A stretch of DNA of 64,000 nucleotides, from positions 1 to 64,000 of the IMG/VR virus record IMGVR_UViG_3300050014_000073. One strand, 5' to 3'. Shown here one piece after another: positions 47,741 through 57,242 of this stretch. Source of the DNA: a virus. A program made the position numbers and the translations under genes. The notes beneath the pieces were generated by a model. That model worked only from the letters and a program-made list of their open reading frames with translations. It was not told where the DNA came from and made no database searches. The number at the start of each line of letters is the position of its first letter. The first letter of the stretch is position 1.

Positions 47741-48045
47741 AGAACATTCGTACCTGTGTTAAGTGTGGCCATCCGTTTCCTGCTTTTCAGCGTGAATCGA
47801 AATGTCAGCCTTGTAAGCAAGTTCCTGGCACGGTAGTTTGTCCCCCAGGAAGGGAGATGGGGATATTGGCGCTGCTTGAAACTGGAGCGACCAATAAAGA
47901 GATTGGCGCCGCACTGGCTCTTACTAAGGGGGCTATCAAGCAGTATATAATGGGTCTGCGTGTAAAATACCAATGCAAGAATCGCACAGACCTCGCGGTA
48001 CACTTTGCGACTGGAACGCTTCTTAAGGAGAACACCAATGCATAA
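47737..48045 (+). CDS. Zn ribbon plus LuxR-type HTH regulator
   Basis: CVKC..CQPC; GATNKEIGAALALTKGAIKQY..NRTDLA. Confidence 0.8.
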   Translation: MKNIRTCVKCGHPFPAFQRESKCQPCKQVPGTVVCPPGREMGILALLETGATNKEIGAALALTKGAIKQYIMGLRVKYQCKNRTDLAVHFATGTLLKENTNA

Positions 48046-48562
48046 GTTTTCTATTTTCGCCGCCGTTGCTCTGCTCCTGCCGCTCGTAGGATGCAATGCT
48101 CCAGTCGTCACGGCTGTCACTCAGGCGACTATCGACAACGCTGCTCTAATCGCGTTGCTCTCAGACCCGAACCTTACATCCGTGCAGAAAACCGAAGTGA
48201 TGAACTACGCTCAGGCAGCCTCAGTCGCTGTCGGGCAGGTGAGCATCATTCTGGCAGCAGGCGGGACCGCTGCGCAGATGAGTTTGGAGATTGCGTCGGC
48301 GCTGGCGCCGGTCGCTTCTCCGCTTCTGCCAGGACTGCCTGCGGATATCGTGACAGCCATCGGGTATGAGGCGCGGGACATTCAAGCTATCCTGACGGCC
48401 TACGGCGTGCCCGTGGCAGCAACAGCGTCCAGCGCACGCACCGCAACGGTACAGACACAAGGCAAGGTTATCAATCTCAGTTCCGGAGACATTGCCAATC
48501 TGAAGGCAGCACATGCCAAGGTAGTGTTGAATGAGGCAGCCATCGCACAGGCAAAGAAATGA
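48038..48562 (+). CDS. lipoprotein
   Basis: Lipobox LVGC. Confidence 0.75.
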   Translation: MHKFSIFAAVALLLPLVGCNAPVVTAVTQATIDNAALIALLSDPNLTSVQKTEVMNYAQAASVAVGQVSIILAAGGTAAQMSLEIASALAPVASPLLPGLPADIVTAIGYEARDIQAILTAYGVPVAATASSARTATVQTQGKVINLSSGDIANLKAAHAKVVLNEAAIAQAKK

Positions 48563-49128
48563 AATCTTCTCTACTCATCTTCATTGTCCCTCTCGTTGCC
48601 TTTGGGCAGACCTCTGGTTCTGGTATTCCTGTCCCGAACCCACCCGCTGTGCCGCAGTTCACGCAGCTCGTGGTTGGGACCGTGTACGACCAGCTCTATG
48701 GCTGGCGAGCCGCCTTCGCCGGTCTGCTTCCAGTGTCTAAGGGTTTCTGGTTCGCGGTCACAGCACTCGTGTCCCCAGAGCACTTGAACGACCCGAATAC
48801 AGGTACGCGTGTGATGAGTCTGACTTCTACATTGTATGCGGAAGGCTATAAGTCACTCTACACGGGTCACAAGTTCAGTGCATGGATTGGTAGTGGCCTT
48901 CGTGTTAATATATCAAACTCTGGACAGGTTCAATCATTGAATGGTTCTACCGGACTGAACCCTCCGATTAGCACGATGGTCCGCTATGCCATAAGCAGCA
49001 AGTGGTCCGTGGATGTCGGCACTCGAACTACGTACATCTCACCGCCCAACGGGAGCACTGCGAAGGGCTGGTGGGACTTCGCTCTAACGACAGGGATTGG
49101 GTACGACCTCCCGAAATCGCTGAACTAG
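48559..49128 (+). CDS. secreted protein, outer-membrane beta-barrel-like
   Basis: Signal peptide, amphipathic strands, C-terminal GIGY. Confidence 0.55.
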   Translation: MKSSLLIFIVPLVAFGQTSGSGIPVPNPPAVPQFTQLVVGTVYDQLYGWRAAFAGLLPVSKGFWFAVTALVSPEHLNDPNTGTRVMSLTSTLYAEGYKSLYTGHKFSAWIGSGLRVNISNSGQVQSLNGSTGLNPPISTMVRYAISSKWSVDVGTRTTYISPPNGSTAKGWWDFALTTGIGYDLPKSLN

Positions 49129-49137
49129 GATAAGTAC

Positions 49138-50142
49138 ATGGACCCGCTTAATCTTGAAGTCATCCAAGCTGCAGTCAAGACCGTCAACGAGAACACCATC
49201 CCGCTTCTCGAAGCAGCGTTCGCTAGGCAGCTGGCGCAGGCGACGAAGGACATGACCGACGTTGTGGATCGTGCCAACGTGCAGATAGCGAACCAGGTTC
49301 AGGGAGCACTGATTGGCTTTCAGGCAGTAGCTGACAAGGCCGCAAAGGATCATGCCCCAGAATCCGGCGCTCTGGTGCTCCGGCCACGATGGCGAGGCGG
49401 TGGGGGCCGTGCCGTTCTGCGCGGGCGGGAAGGTGCTGCTGGGGACGATGGGGGCGTTATGAAGCAGGAGAGCACAATGGTAAACACAACGGACATTCCG
49501 AACCTGCCGAGTTTCGATGAGCAGATCCGCGACTTGACCGGCCGCCAGGGGGATCTCCAGCGCGAGATCGACAACCTCAGCGAAGATTATCGGAGTGAGA
49601 TCGACATACTGGTTTCTTCAAAGCAAACCATCCAAGCAAAGATAGATCGCTGCCGGTCTGAGGAGGACGCCCGTAAGGAAGGTGGATGGCGTTGCCCGCT
49701 TTGCGGAAACCGATACAGCTTTGCGGATGGGGTTCGTTATCTCACGGCTTCCAAGGTTTGCCCGTGTCCAGAGATGCCTGCGGGAATCCGCACGGTGCGC
49801 GAAAGAAGGAATCAGCAGGTTCTCCAGTGCAACGTCGGTTATCAGACGGGCGTTGACCATACCGTCGGGGCACAGAAACATCACGGCGAGACACCGACGC
49901 TATGGGCAAAGGTCCGCCTGAAAGACGGGGGCGAATGGGAGTCGGGAGGAATCCTGAGCGTTCACCCCGCGGCTGATGTCAACCTCCAGTTCGATAAGCC
50001 CAACAACCTCGGGGTTGTGTTCTTTCTGGATAAAATCGAGTCGGTCACGCTTCGGGTTGAACGGGAGCCCACGAGCTTGGGAGCAGGCGGTTATGACTGC
50101 CGTTCCGACATTGATGGAGAGGATACGTTAGGAAGTAGGTAA
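49138..50142 (+). CDS. composite hypothetical ORF (probably more than one gene or remnant)
   Basis: Internal RBS/ATG near 49477; unrelated-looking segments. Confidence 0.45.
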   Translation: MDPLNLEVIQAAVKTVNENTIPLLEAAFARQLAQATKDMTDVVDRANVQIANQVQGALIGFQAVADKAAKDHAPESGALVLRPRWRGGGGRAVLRGREGAAGDDGGVMKQESTMVNTTDIPNLPSFDEQIRDLTGRQGDLQREIDNLSEDYRSEIDILVSSKQTIQAKIDRCRSEEDARKEGGWRCPLCGNRYSFADGVRYLTASKVCPCPEMPAGIRTVRERRNQQVLQCNVGYQTGVDHTVGAQKHHGETPTLWAKVRLKDGGEWESGGILSVHPAADVNLQFDKPNNLGVVFFLDKIESVTLRVEREPTSLGAGGYDCRSDIDGEDTLGSR

Positions 50143-51042
50143 GTGCGATACATTATTTCAATTCAAGGGGGTGGCCTTCGTGGCATCATCCCCTGCCTGG
50201 CACTAGCCAAACTCGAAGCCCAAACCGGGATGCTTACGCGTGATTGGATCACGAGGCATGATGGCCTTATTGCAGGCACTTCAACTGGCGCTCTACTGGC
50301 TGCGTGTGTGGCCTGTGGCGTTCCGGCCGCCGATGCCTTGAAGGTCTACACCGAACAGGGCGCCAAAGTGTTCAGCCCGACGAATGACGTGGAACGTAAA
50401 GTCAGGCTCGTCGTCACTGGCCACCAGTTTGACAATCAGGTACTCGCGTCGGTCGTGAGGAACACATTGAAGTTTGATCCTATTCTCAACGACTTGCCGA
50501 TTAGGGTGCTCATCACAGCCACGGCCATGGACGGGAATCCTTGGTATTTCGTCCGAGATAACCCGAACAATTCCCAGGTGATTGGAACGTACAAGTTGGC
50601 AGACGCCGCGATAGCTTCTGCTTGCGCTACGACGTATCACGCGCCTTGGCCGATTGATGGTCTTGGCTGGTTTGCGGATGGTGGGTGCGGTGGGTTGTGC
50701 GACCCAGTCTACCAGGCTGCGGTGGAAGCGTTCTACTATGATGCGTTTGATCCAGCGCAAACGCGGATTATCAGCCTGGGGACAGGTTGCTTACCGGCGA
50801 ACACGCAACCGAAACCTCCGAGTGACCTACTAGAGAACATCTCTTGGGTGATTGATGCTTTGCTGGGTGATTCCAAGACGTTCGCAGAACAGGCGGTGGA
50901 TCGGCACTGGCCGGATCTATTGACAGTCTTCAATCCTCAGCTTCCTTACAGCATCGATGAAGCTGAAGTTAACCAGATCCCGACATTGTTGAAGATAGGA
51001 CAGGCAGCAGCGGACAAGATGGACTGGAGCATATTTTCATGA
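50143..51042 (+). CDS. patatin-like phospholipase
   Basis: GGGLRG, AGTSTG nucleophile, DGG, ISLGTG. Confidence 0.92.
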   Translation: MRYIISIQGGGLRGIIPCLALAKLEAQTGMLTRDWITRHDGLIAGTSTGALLAACVACGVPAADALKVYTEQGAKVFSPTNDVERKVRLVVTGHQFDNQVLASVVRNTLKFDPILNDLPIRVLITATAMDGNPWYFVRDNPNNSQVIGTYKLADAAIASACATTYHAPWPIDGLGWFADGGCGGLCDPVYQAAVEAFYYDAFDPAQTRIISLGTGCLPANTQPKPPSDLLENISWVIDALLGDSKTFAEQAVDRHWPDLLTVFNPQLPYSIDEAEVNQIPTLLKIGQAAADKMDWSIFS

Positions 51043-51353
51043 ACGGCAACGGCAACATGAAAGCAAGCTCCTGGGTAGTGCTCGAATGCCTGATCATCTT
51101 AGCCGTGCTGGGTGGTGCGTGTTTCTTCGTGACTCCGAAATATGAGGCAGGCGTGTCCATCGTTCTCGGTGCGGTAATCGCGGTTCTCAATCATCAGATG
51201 GGATCGGTTGCGGGCGGCAAGCTGCCTGAGCAGATTGGTTCCCCGCAACCCGGCCAAACATCACAGACAGATACCCACACGCAGTCCACGGAACCAGCAC
51301 CGGCGCATCTTCCCCCGAATCCTCAATCTGAAAGCCTTCACAACCCTCAATGA
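51039..51353 (+). CDS. two-TM membrane protein, holin candidate
   Basis: Two hydrophobic segments and a polar tail. Confidence 0.55.
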   Translation: MNGNGNMKASSWVVLECLIILAVLGGACFFVTPKYEAGVSIVLGAVIAVLNHQMGSVAGGKLPEQIGSPQPGQTSQTDTHTQSTEPAPAHLPPNPQSESLHNPQ

Positions 51354-51580
51354 CGCCTTCAAACAGCGATGTTGAAAAATTAGCGTTCCCAGTCTGTCCT
51401 TACTGCGGAGCCGATCCGATGAACATCTCCAGTCTTCCGTTCAATATTGGACCTGCTCAGTTCCTAATAATCTTCTGCGGAAATGATGCCTGCCGGAAGC
51501 ATCTGAGTATGCAGATGGTTGGTGTGCAGCAGACGGATATTCTGACTCCCTTTCACCGTGGCCCGAAGCTGGTAGTGTAG
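51350..51580 (+). CDS. small zinc-ribbon protein
   Basis: CPYC..C..C. Confidence 0.6.
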   Translation: MTPSNSDVEKLAFPVCPYCGADPMNISSLPFNIGPAQFLIIFCGNDACRKHLSMQMVGVQQTDILTPFHRGPKLVV

Positions 51581-51609
51581 CCCCCTTCAGAAAAACAGGT
51601 AGAAACTCC

Positions 51610-53193
51610 ATGGCACTCACTGACAGAATCGTGAAGTCCTTTAGTGGGCCAGTCTATTCTGGGACCGGTCAGGAGTTTACTCCGATTCCGGGAAGCGAGT
51701 ACAGTGCTCTTCCTAAGACTCCTCCGTTTTCGGAAATTGGCGTTTCTGGAGTTCTCAGGACTCGCGGCGTCGGGTATCTATACGAGGAATGGTTAGCTTC
51801 TCTATCCACTTCTCGAGGCAAGATGGTCTACCGTGAGATGCGGGACAACGACGCGGTTATTGGGTCGATGTTCTTCGCTCTCGAAATGATTCTCCGCCGC
51901 GCTCAGTGGCATATGGAACCCGGACCCGGAAAGAAAGGCGACGACTACGGACAGTTCATTGATGAGTGCTTCAACGATATGAGCCATACGTTCGAGGACT
52001 TCATTGCTGAGTGCGTCAACATGTTTGTCTTCGGGTATTCACTGTTCGAGACAGTCTACAAACGCCGCCAGGGACCCAAAGGAAAGAAAGCTTCCAAGTT
52101 CGACGATGGGTTGATCGGCTGGAGGAAGTTTGCCCCTCGCGCTCAAGAGAGCATCCTCTACTGGATTTGGGATGACGAAGGAGGACTGCAAGGTGCCGTT
52201 CAGCTTGCTGCTCCCGATTACCATACCGTCCCGATCCCAATCTCGAGATTGCTTCTCTTCCGCACAACTTCTGTCAAGAACAACCCTGAAGGGCGGTCTC
52301 TTCTCCGTAACTGCTTCCGAAGCTGGTTCTTCAAACGCCGTATTGAAGAGGTTGAGGGGATTGGTATTGAGCGCGACCTTTGCGGCATTCCAGTATTGTA
52401 CGCAAGCGCTGAAGCTCTCGCTGCAATGGGAGGACAAGCTGCTGCTGAGAAGTTGGTTAGTAACATCCGAGTTGATGACCAGGCCGGAATCATCCTCCCG
52501 TTGGCGTTTGACGAGAAGGGGAATCAGCTTGTTAAGATTGAACTGATGCGGACTGCCGGTCAGAAGCAGATGAATCCGTCGGAGACAATCGGACGTTATA
52601 ACTCCGACATGTTGAATACTATGTTGGCAGGGTTCGTTCAGTTCGGACAGACGTCAGTTGGATCTCGGGCGCTTCACATGAGCGCCACACAGATCTTCAG
52701 TCTGGCGATCACGGCATTCATGGACTCAATTGCAGCAATCATCAACCGTATTGCGATTCCCCGGCTGATGGCAATGAACTCGATGGACCTCTCGTCCGCG
52801 CCAAAGCTGGTTCCTGGTGAAATCGGGGTTCGTGATCTCGAAGAACTGAGTCAGTATGTTTATCAGTTGAGTCAGTCAGGTCTGACGTTCTTCGACAAGG
52901 AAACTACCAACTACCTTCGGAAGACTGCACGCCTGCCTGAAATGCCTGAGGACGACGAAGCCGGACCGGAAGAGAATCCGAATCAGGCTCCTCCTCCCCA
53001 ACTGACTCCTGATCAGCAAGCTCAAGCACAAGTACAAGGTGAACCTCCAGATCCCAACGCACCTCCAGCTCCGGCAGCTCCCAGTGCTGCGTCTCCGAAA
53101 ACACCTCCGGCGCTGAAGCCGAAGAAGCCGATTGCGGCAACTCCGCCTTCCAGTCAAGCTTCTGCTGGTGAAAAACTTAGGCAAACCGCGTGA
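51610..53193 (+). CDS. portal protein
   Basis: YREMRDND..FGYSLFE..NPEGRSLLR..GIERDLCG; position before MuF. Confidence 0.88.
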   Translation: MALTDRIVKSFSGPVYSGTGQEFTPIPGSEYSALPKTPPFSEIGVSGVLRTRGVGYLYEEWLASLSTSRGKMVYREMRDNDAVIGSMFFALEMILRRAQWHMEPGPGKKGDDYGQFIDECFNDMSHTFEDFIAECVNMFVFGYSLFETVYKRRQGPKGKKASKFDDGLIGWRKFAPRAQESILYWIWDDEGGLQGAVQLAAPDYHTVPIPISRLLLFRTTSVKNNPEGRSLLRNCFRSWFFKRRIEEVEGIGIERDLCGIPVLYASAEALAAMGGQAAAEKLVSNIRVDDQAGIILPLAFDEKGNQLVKIELMRTAGQKQMNPSETIGRYNSDMLNTMLAGFVQFGQTSVGSRALHMSATQIFSLAITAFMDSIAAIINRIAIPRLMAMNSMDLSSAPKLVPGEIGVRDLEELSQYVYQLSQSGLTFFDKETTNYLRKTARLPEMPEDDEAGPEENPNQAPPPQLTPDQQAQAQVQGEPPDPNAPPAPAAPSAASPKTPPALKPKKPIAATPPSSQASAGEKLRQTA

Positions 53194-53231
53194 CGAGCTC
53201 GAAATGGACCGCTACAGTCGTAAAACTGAGT

Positions 53232-53320
53232 GCTACGGGTCGCTAGGGCAGCTTGCAAGGGTCTAACTAGTATATTTCATAGGGTAGCCGGTCAGAGACC
53301 GTCCTAGGGTCGCTAAACAC
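53232..53320 (+). repeat. dispersed two-box element, copy 5
   Basis: GCTACGGGTCGCTAGG-47 nt-GAGACCGTCCTAGGGTCGCTAAACAC. Confidence 0.8.
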
Positions 53321-53332
53321 CTCGTAATTACA

Positions 53333-53812
53333 ATGCCAGTCAAAATGAGATTCCGGACCGACGGTTGGCACTACGCTAACTTGAAAACTCATGGCTGGAC
53401 GCGGGAGAGGTTCGTTGCTGAGATGCATCACGAGCCTGATTACATCAATACGTTTGAAGCAACTCCTATTGCAGAACCCGGCGATGTCTGGAGGATGTAC
53501 TGGTACAAAGAAAACGGCGATCGCCCCTTGAATGGATACGCCATCTGTTGCATCAAGTGCGGTCACGTTCATCTATGGGGAACGGCGGGCAACTGCCAGA
53601 CTGATGTTCAGGAAGTTCACTACAAGGACGATGCTGGGAACGCCAAGTCGTATAAGTCTTGTGTGCATAAGCGGACTGGAACCGGGTCGTGCTGGAACTG
53701 GACGGGATGCGCGGAAGACAACACTCTTGATTGTAAGCCTTCCTTGTTAGTGACGCACAGCGATTGCAACTTCCACGGATTTCTTGATAATGGAATGCTG
53801 AGATTTTGTTAG
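53333..53812 (+). CDS. Cys-rich protein with WxWxG..L..PS..C.FHGF..NG motif
   Basis: Motif as stated (DUF6527-like). Confidence 0.6.
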   Translation: MPVKMRFRTDGWHYANLKTHGWTRERFVAEMHHEPDYINTFEATPIAEPGDVWRMYWYKENGDRPLNGYAICCIKCGHVHLWGTAGNCQTDVQEVHYKDDAGNAKSYKSCVHKRTGTGSCWNWTGCAEDNTLDCKPSLLVTHSDCNFHGFLDNGMLRFC

Positions 53813-53832
53813 AGAGGAGGTGAAAAGCAAAA

Positions 53833-54126
53833 ATGGAAAGACCTGACTTGTCGGGACTTCTAGTTGGAGGCAGGGTTATTTATGTTGATCCTGTTGCAGT
53901 CCAGCATGAAGCTCTGGTGACAACTGTTTTCGGCGATCCTTCAACTTGCGTTCCTTGCGTAAATGTCGTCTATGTTTCCGACGAAGAGAAGATGCAAGAT
54001 CCGTATGGACGGCAGATCGCGCGTCAGTCGTCACTTTGTCATCGGTCTGTCAATCCGGCACATGGGAACTATTACATGATGCCTGGCGATGAACCGAATT
54101 TGATCCAAGAAGCCTTTCAGAAGTAG
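53833..54126 (+). CDS. hypothetical protein (SH3-like)
   Basis: GGAGG RBS. Confidence 0.65.
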   Translation: MERPDLSGLLVGGRVIYVDPVAVQHEALVTTVFGDPSTCVPCVNVVYVSDEEKMQDPYGRQIARQSSLCHRSVNPAHGNYYMMPGDEPNLIQEAFQK

Positions 54127-54199
54127 GATCATTTAGGTTATCTGCGGAACCGATGAGGGACCACAAGCAGATAGCCTCCAAATTGCTTTTCACAATTCC

Positions 54200-55201
54200 A
54201 TGCCTCTCTCTTTCATCCGAAAAGCCAAAGCCACCGACGCAGTACTGCAAGCTGCGTCGCGTATGGAAGCTTCGCTGGCGCAGGCTTTTCTGGACGCCGT
54301 CGACGCGATGCAGGACGACGTTGCTCTTACCAAGCTCTCTGCTGCTATCGAAGCTGGTGACATGAACCAGGCTCTGGCGATTATGGCAGTGGATCAGGGG
54401 TTCGTACAGGCGCTTCAGGGGAAGGGACTTGAAGCCGGAGTGAAATCATTCCGAGATGCCGTTCAAGCAACGTTTGCAGCGGGAGCTCAAGCAGCTATTA
54501 CTCAACTCCCGAAATCCGTATCATTGGATCTGGCATTCAACTTGATGAGTCCCGAAGCGATCAATCATCTTGAGACATACTCGTTCAGCCTCATCCAGCA
54601 GATCTCCGAACAGACTCGTGAAGCAATTCGACAGACGATCTTGCGGGCATTCAAAGAGGGTGGTCATCCTTACGAACAAGCGCGCAGCATTCGGAACGTC
54701 ATTGGACTGACGGCGCGACAAGAGCAAGCTGTAGCGAACTACGAAGCTTCGTTGTCTGGGAACTCTGCTACACGAGACGCCCTGACTCGTGCTCTCCGAG
54801 ACGGAAGGTTCGACTCAACGGTTGCCCGTTCAATCACCAACCAGACTCCGCTGTCTCAAGCCCAGGTTGACAAGATGGTTGACCGATACCGAAGTCGGTT
54901 CATTGACTATCGGGCAAAGACCATTGCGAGAACAGAGTCCGTGCGAGCTTCAAATCTAGGACAACGAGAAGTCTGGCGTCAGGCAAAGCAACAGGGATTG
55001 ATCGAAGAGGATCAGAAGCGGGTCTGGATCACTTCAGGCGACGACAAAACTTGCGATGACTGCGCCGGTCTTGACGGAACTGAAGTCGGTCTTGATGAAG
55101 AGTTTGAGGATGGAGTCATGGACCCACCTGACCCCCATCCGGATTGCCGGTGTACTACTGCTCTATCAATTAAGAAACGGGACTCATTACGAGTTGCATA
55201 A
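54200..55201 (+). CDS. head morphogenesis protein (MuF / SPP1 gp7 family)
   Basis: RAKTIARTE, KRVWIT..D..TCDDC, PHPDCRC. Confidence 0.92.
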   Translation: MPLSFIRKAKATDAVLQAASRMEASLAQAFLDAVDAMQDDVALTKLSAAIEAGDMNQALAIMAVDQGFVQALQGKGLEAGVKSFRDAVQATFAAGAQAAITQLPKSVSLDLAFNLMSPEAINHLETYSFSLIQQISEQTREAIRQTILRAFKEGGHPYEQARSIRNVIGLTARQEQAVANYEASLSGNSATRDALTRALRDGRFDSTVARSITNQTPLSQAQVDKMVDRYRSRFIDYRAKTIARTESVRASNLGQREVWRQAKQQGLIEEDQKRVWITSGDDKTCDDCAGLDGTEVGLDEEFEDGVMDPPDPHPDCRCTTALSIKKRDSLRVA

Positions 55202-55217
55202 AAGAGGGAGATGAAAA

Positions 55218-55718
55218 ATGATTAATATTTATGATCCGGAAAACAGAGATGCGCAAAACAAGGATGCATCTCTCGAACCCGAACAGGAGCCCGTCATTCT
55301 GGCAAACAACCAGCGCGTCCGTTACGCCATCCATAGCGTTCCTGAGCACAACATCATCAAGGCAGTTGTGACCTCGTCTGACGCGTCGGCTATCAAAGTC
55401 GTTCCCGACGTCAACACGGAACAGGGGACCGTTGCTTCCGGATTTCTGGTTGGAGGTTACTCAGTTCGACGGAGCGCACTGCCAGGAGGTAGAGAATCTG
55501 AAGCACCTCTCGTGGTGGTTTCCGCCGAACTGACTTACGGAAACGACGGTGTCACGCGAACCATATCACAGACTTTCGGCGTGGAGGACCCGTTCGAAGG
55601 AGTTCATGAGTTCACTTTCGGTGAACCAGAACTCACACCGGCACCTCCGACGGCCGAAGAGTTGCAAGAGAGAGCTTCGCATCCTGCGGAGTTTCCGGTC
55701 TCGAAGAATCGGAGATAA
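55218..55718 (+). CDS. hypothetical protein
   Basis: RBS, 166 aa. Confidence 0.65.
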   Translation: MINIYDPENRDAQNKDASLEPEQEPVILANNQRVRYAIHSVPEHNIIKAVVTSSDASAIKVVPDVNTEQGTVASGFLVGGYSVRRSALPGGRESEAPLVVVSAELTYGNDGVTRTISQTFGVEDPFEGVHEFTFGEPELTPAPPTAEELQERASHPAEFPVSKNRR

Positions 55719-55723
55719 TTCCT

Positions 55724-56149
55724 ATGGAGTCCCGTTTCGGCGGGACTCCGGTTCTTTTATCTGGTATGACTTGTCTTATCTGCTCAGGGAAATGCGTGAA
55801 GAACGGGCGCTGGCCTAATGGCGGACAACGCTGGAAGTGTAAGTCGTGTCGTAAATGGTACAGTGACGAACTCCATCCCATTCCAGGTTTCTACCTGCGA
55901 CCTGGGCAGATTGTGACATTGAAAAGAAACTTCCTTTATGGGATTTCCGTTCAGGCAACAGTCGCAGAGTACCAGTATAATGACAGGACTATCCTGAAGT
56001 TCTTTCGCTATTGCCATTCTATCGGAATGAAGCGCAGTCACTGTCCTTGCGGCCGACCAGCAGGACATCGTGCCTGTTGTAGGGAAATGAGACAGATTCA
56101 CGACCATCTCACGAAAAGGAAAGGAAAACGAACATGCCAACTAGCTTAG
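55724..56149 (+). CDS. IS1 InsA-like zinc-ribbon/HTH protein
   Basis: CLIC..VKNG..GGQRWKCKSC; no DDE domain or IS ends seen. Confidence 0.6.
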   Translation: MESRFGGTPVLLSGMTCLICSGKCVKNGRWPNGGQRWKCKSCRKWYSDELHPIPGFYLRPGQIVTLKRNFLYGISVQATVAEYQYNDRTILKFFRYCHSIGMKRSHCPCGRPAGHRACCREMRQIHDHLTKRKGKRTCQLA

Positions 56150-56307
56150 TTCTTCTGGGCATCATCACACTGGTGCTCCATCTGCTGTTTACGTATCTGC
56201 TGCCAGTTCCGAATCCTCCAAGCCGGTACTTCCGTCCGCTGGTCGCCACAGCGGTGATAATCATCGTACTGCTCCTGTGGTACGTTCTTCCCGTTCACGT
56301 CGGGTAA
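56134..56307 (+). CDS. two-TM small protein, holin candidate (not in ORF track)
   Basis: 57 aa, directly upstream of the cell-wall hydrolase. Confidence 0.6.
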   Translation: MPTSLVLLGIITLVLHLLFTYLLPVPNPPSRYFRPLVATAVIIIVLLLWYVLPVHVG

Positions 56308-56311
56308 CTAC

Positions 56312-56749
56312 ATGCCCCTCGCTCCACTGAATGAACCTTACGCTTCCGATCCTACTCTACTCTTGGCTCTCTGTATCTGGAGAGAAGCAAGAGGGGAGTC
56401 GCATGATGCCAAGGTCGGAGTTGCGTCCGTAGTCATGAACCGTTGCGTTATGGCCCCCGCTCAAGGCTTCAAGAGGTCCGTAACTGGGAATATTCTCCAT
56501 CCGTGGGCCTTCAGTTCGTTTATGGAAGGTGACCCGAATGCAGTGAAGTATCCTGCGAGTGGGGATTCCTCCTGGACTGATTCTCAATTGGTTGCTCAAA
56601 ACGAAATGCGGAATCATCTCAGTACTGATCCAACGGACGGAGCCATCTTCTATCACAGTAACGCGGAAGCTCTGCCTCCTCCTAAAGATTGGGGAAACGT
56701 GACGTTCACTGGAACCATCGATCATCTCCATTTCTTCAAGATTGCCTAA
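56312..56749 (+). CDS. SleB-like cell wall hydrolase
   Basis: IWREARGE..VASVVMNR..AFSSF..DPTDGAIFYH..HLHFF. Confidence 0.9.
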   Translation: MPLAPLNEPYASDPTLLLALCIWREARGESHDAKVGVASVVMNRCVMAPAQGFKRSVTGNILHPWAFSSFMEGDPNAVKYPASGDSSWTDSQLVAQNEMRNHLSTDPTDGAIFYHSNAEALPPPKDWGNVTFTGTIDHLHFFKIA

Positions 56750-57242
56750 CATGGGAACGTTGGCAGAGTACCTGGTTGAGAAGTACAGTCCGGATCAGTC
56801 TCGCGCTGCGAATGGTGAGTTTGGTGAAGGTAGCATTGAGTTCAAGCCTTCTGCCCGGATGCAACGAGCCCTGGAATCGCGTGTTCCATGCGGAGTTGAA
56901 AAACAGCGTATCGCAGATGAGCAGGAACGGATAGTGAGCAAGGCCGTTGGTATCCCTCGTACGAAAGATAACTCTGCGTTCGACATGCGCAATGATGAAG
57001 TTGGTCTTGAACTTAAGTGTATGCAAGACAGTCGAAATGGCAAAATTACGATGTCAAAGACTGCCCTAGGTCGTAAGCTTGCTGAATCACAAGCTGAGGG
57101 GTTGAAGACTTACACCATCGTTGCAGATAAGCGTTCAGGAGGTGGCGGGACGCGTTACTACATCAAGTCCGGTCTCGGTTCATTTCACGTAAGCAATATG
57201 ACTCCCACAACGCTGTCTGAAATACGGAGCATGGTTCGATGA
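56742..57242 (+). CDS. PD-(D/E)xK-like nuclease with head-protein-like N-terminus
   Basis: VEK-YSPDQSRAANGEF leader; E..FD..LELK. Confidence 0.55.
   Translation: MPNMGTLAEYLVEKYSPDQSRAANGEFGEGSIEFKPSARMQRALESRVPCGVEKQRIADEQERIVSKAVGIPRTKDNSAFDMRNDEVGLELKCMQDSRNGKITMSKTALGRKLAESQAEGLKTYTIVADKRSGGGGTRYYIKSGLGSFHVSNMTPTTLSEIRSMVR

Noticed and set aside
55724-56149. IS1 element
   Set aside because: No DDE transposase, terminal inverted repeats or target duplication seen
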